Assembly (NCBI RefSeq): GCF_037042905.1
Contig: NC_087257.1
Location: forward strand, 7,688,001-7,752,000
DNA: 64,000 bases
Reading direction: 5' to 3'
Source of the DNA: Lytechinus pictus
Lineage: Eukaryota
Part shown: piece after piece, positions 63,300 to 64,000 of the stretch
Layout of the letters: each line of letters starts with the position of its first letter
Numbering within the stretch: position 1 is the stretch's first letter
Translations under genes and position numbers: made by a program
The notes under the pieces: generated by a model
Seen by the model: the letters and a program-made list of their open reading frames with translations, nothing else
Databases searched by the model: none
What the model was told of the DNA's origin: nothing

Positions 63300-63520
63300 T
63301 GGAATTAACGTAGTAACTGTTGTCGATCTTGAGAAAGGGTGGCTCTAGTGACTGTGGCATAGAAGTGAATGAAGGAAGGAAACCCATCCAACCGGTAAGT
63401 TTGTCCCCGAGGGATGAATCTAGCTCTGCTCCATCTCGCATGGATGTCTTCAAGGAGACTGGATGTTTCGCGGGTCGAATAACACTTAAAGGTCGAAGAA
63501 CGAAATGTTCTCATTTACGA
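63300..63520 (-). pseudogene. Possible pogo-like fossil
   Basis: LGDKLTGWMGFL (HTH or GWM motif-like). Confidence 0.35.
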
Positions 63521-64000
63521 CACATAAAGTTAGTGAAGGTTTGATTATGTCTACTGCCTTCATGGGGAGAATAGAATGCTAAAGGTAAGTTAAATATTCC
63601 AAGCGTGGGTTTGTCAACTCATCACTCCTTATTTGCATGCTAAATATGATAATGACAACTCTTAAAAAAGGAAGAAGGAAACTAAGTCTCCCCGCAGCAT
63701 GTACACTGTAAAAAAAAATTAGTTGAAATTACTCAATAAAATTGTGGCAAAAAATGCCTTACTTTTTTCAAGTATTTATGAGTATTGCAGTTTTAAGTAC
63801 AATATACTTATTTTCTTTGCATCCATTTTACTCAAGAAAATTAAGTTACAATAACTAAATTCAATTAAGTAAAACAATCACTTAAATCAAATGGGGGAGT
63901 GGACTTTCGTGATTCGAACGTCTGCTCTCCCATCGTCCCACTTTTAGTGGCATCATTTCCATCTTAGACATCTTTTATCCAAATATTAGACTTTGTGCAT

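Overview
Eukaryotic, AT-rich, repeat-dense genomic DNA with three assembly gaps. The SINE, MITE and GPCR repertoire suggests an echinoderm, probably a sea urchin (inference). The only intact gene is an intronless class A GPCR on the minus strand (8370-9566). The rest is microsatellites, tRNA-derived SINEs, two LINE 3' ends and many non-autonomous DNA transposons (Tc1/mariner-, Academ-, hAT-, Kolobok-, Harbinger-, CMC- and Merlin/MULE-like), often nested, with TIRs and TSDs readable in the sequence. Two things stand out. (1) Much of the apparently unique intergenic DNA looks like a dense field of about 20-25 heavily eroded pogo/Tigger-type transposase fossils on both strands. (2) Five of these fossils keep the same ~125-140 nt segment, which folds into a long hairpin with strand-specific G.U pairs and copy-specific compensating inner stems, a candidate transposon-derived structured RNA/ssDNA element family. 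All homology calls were made by eye against remembered family motifs and need HMM or alignment confirmation.
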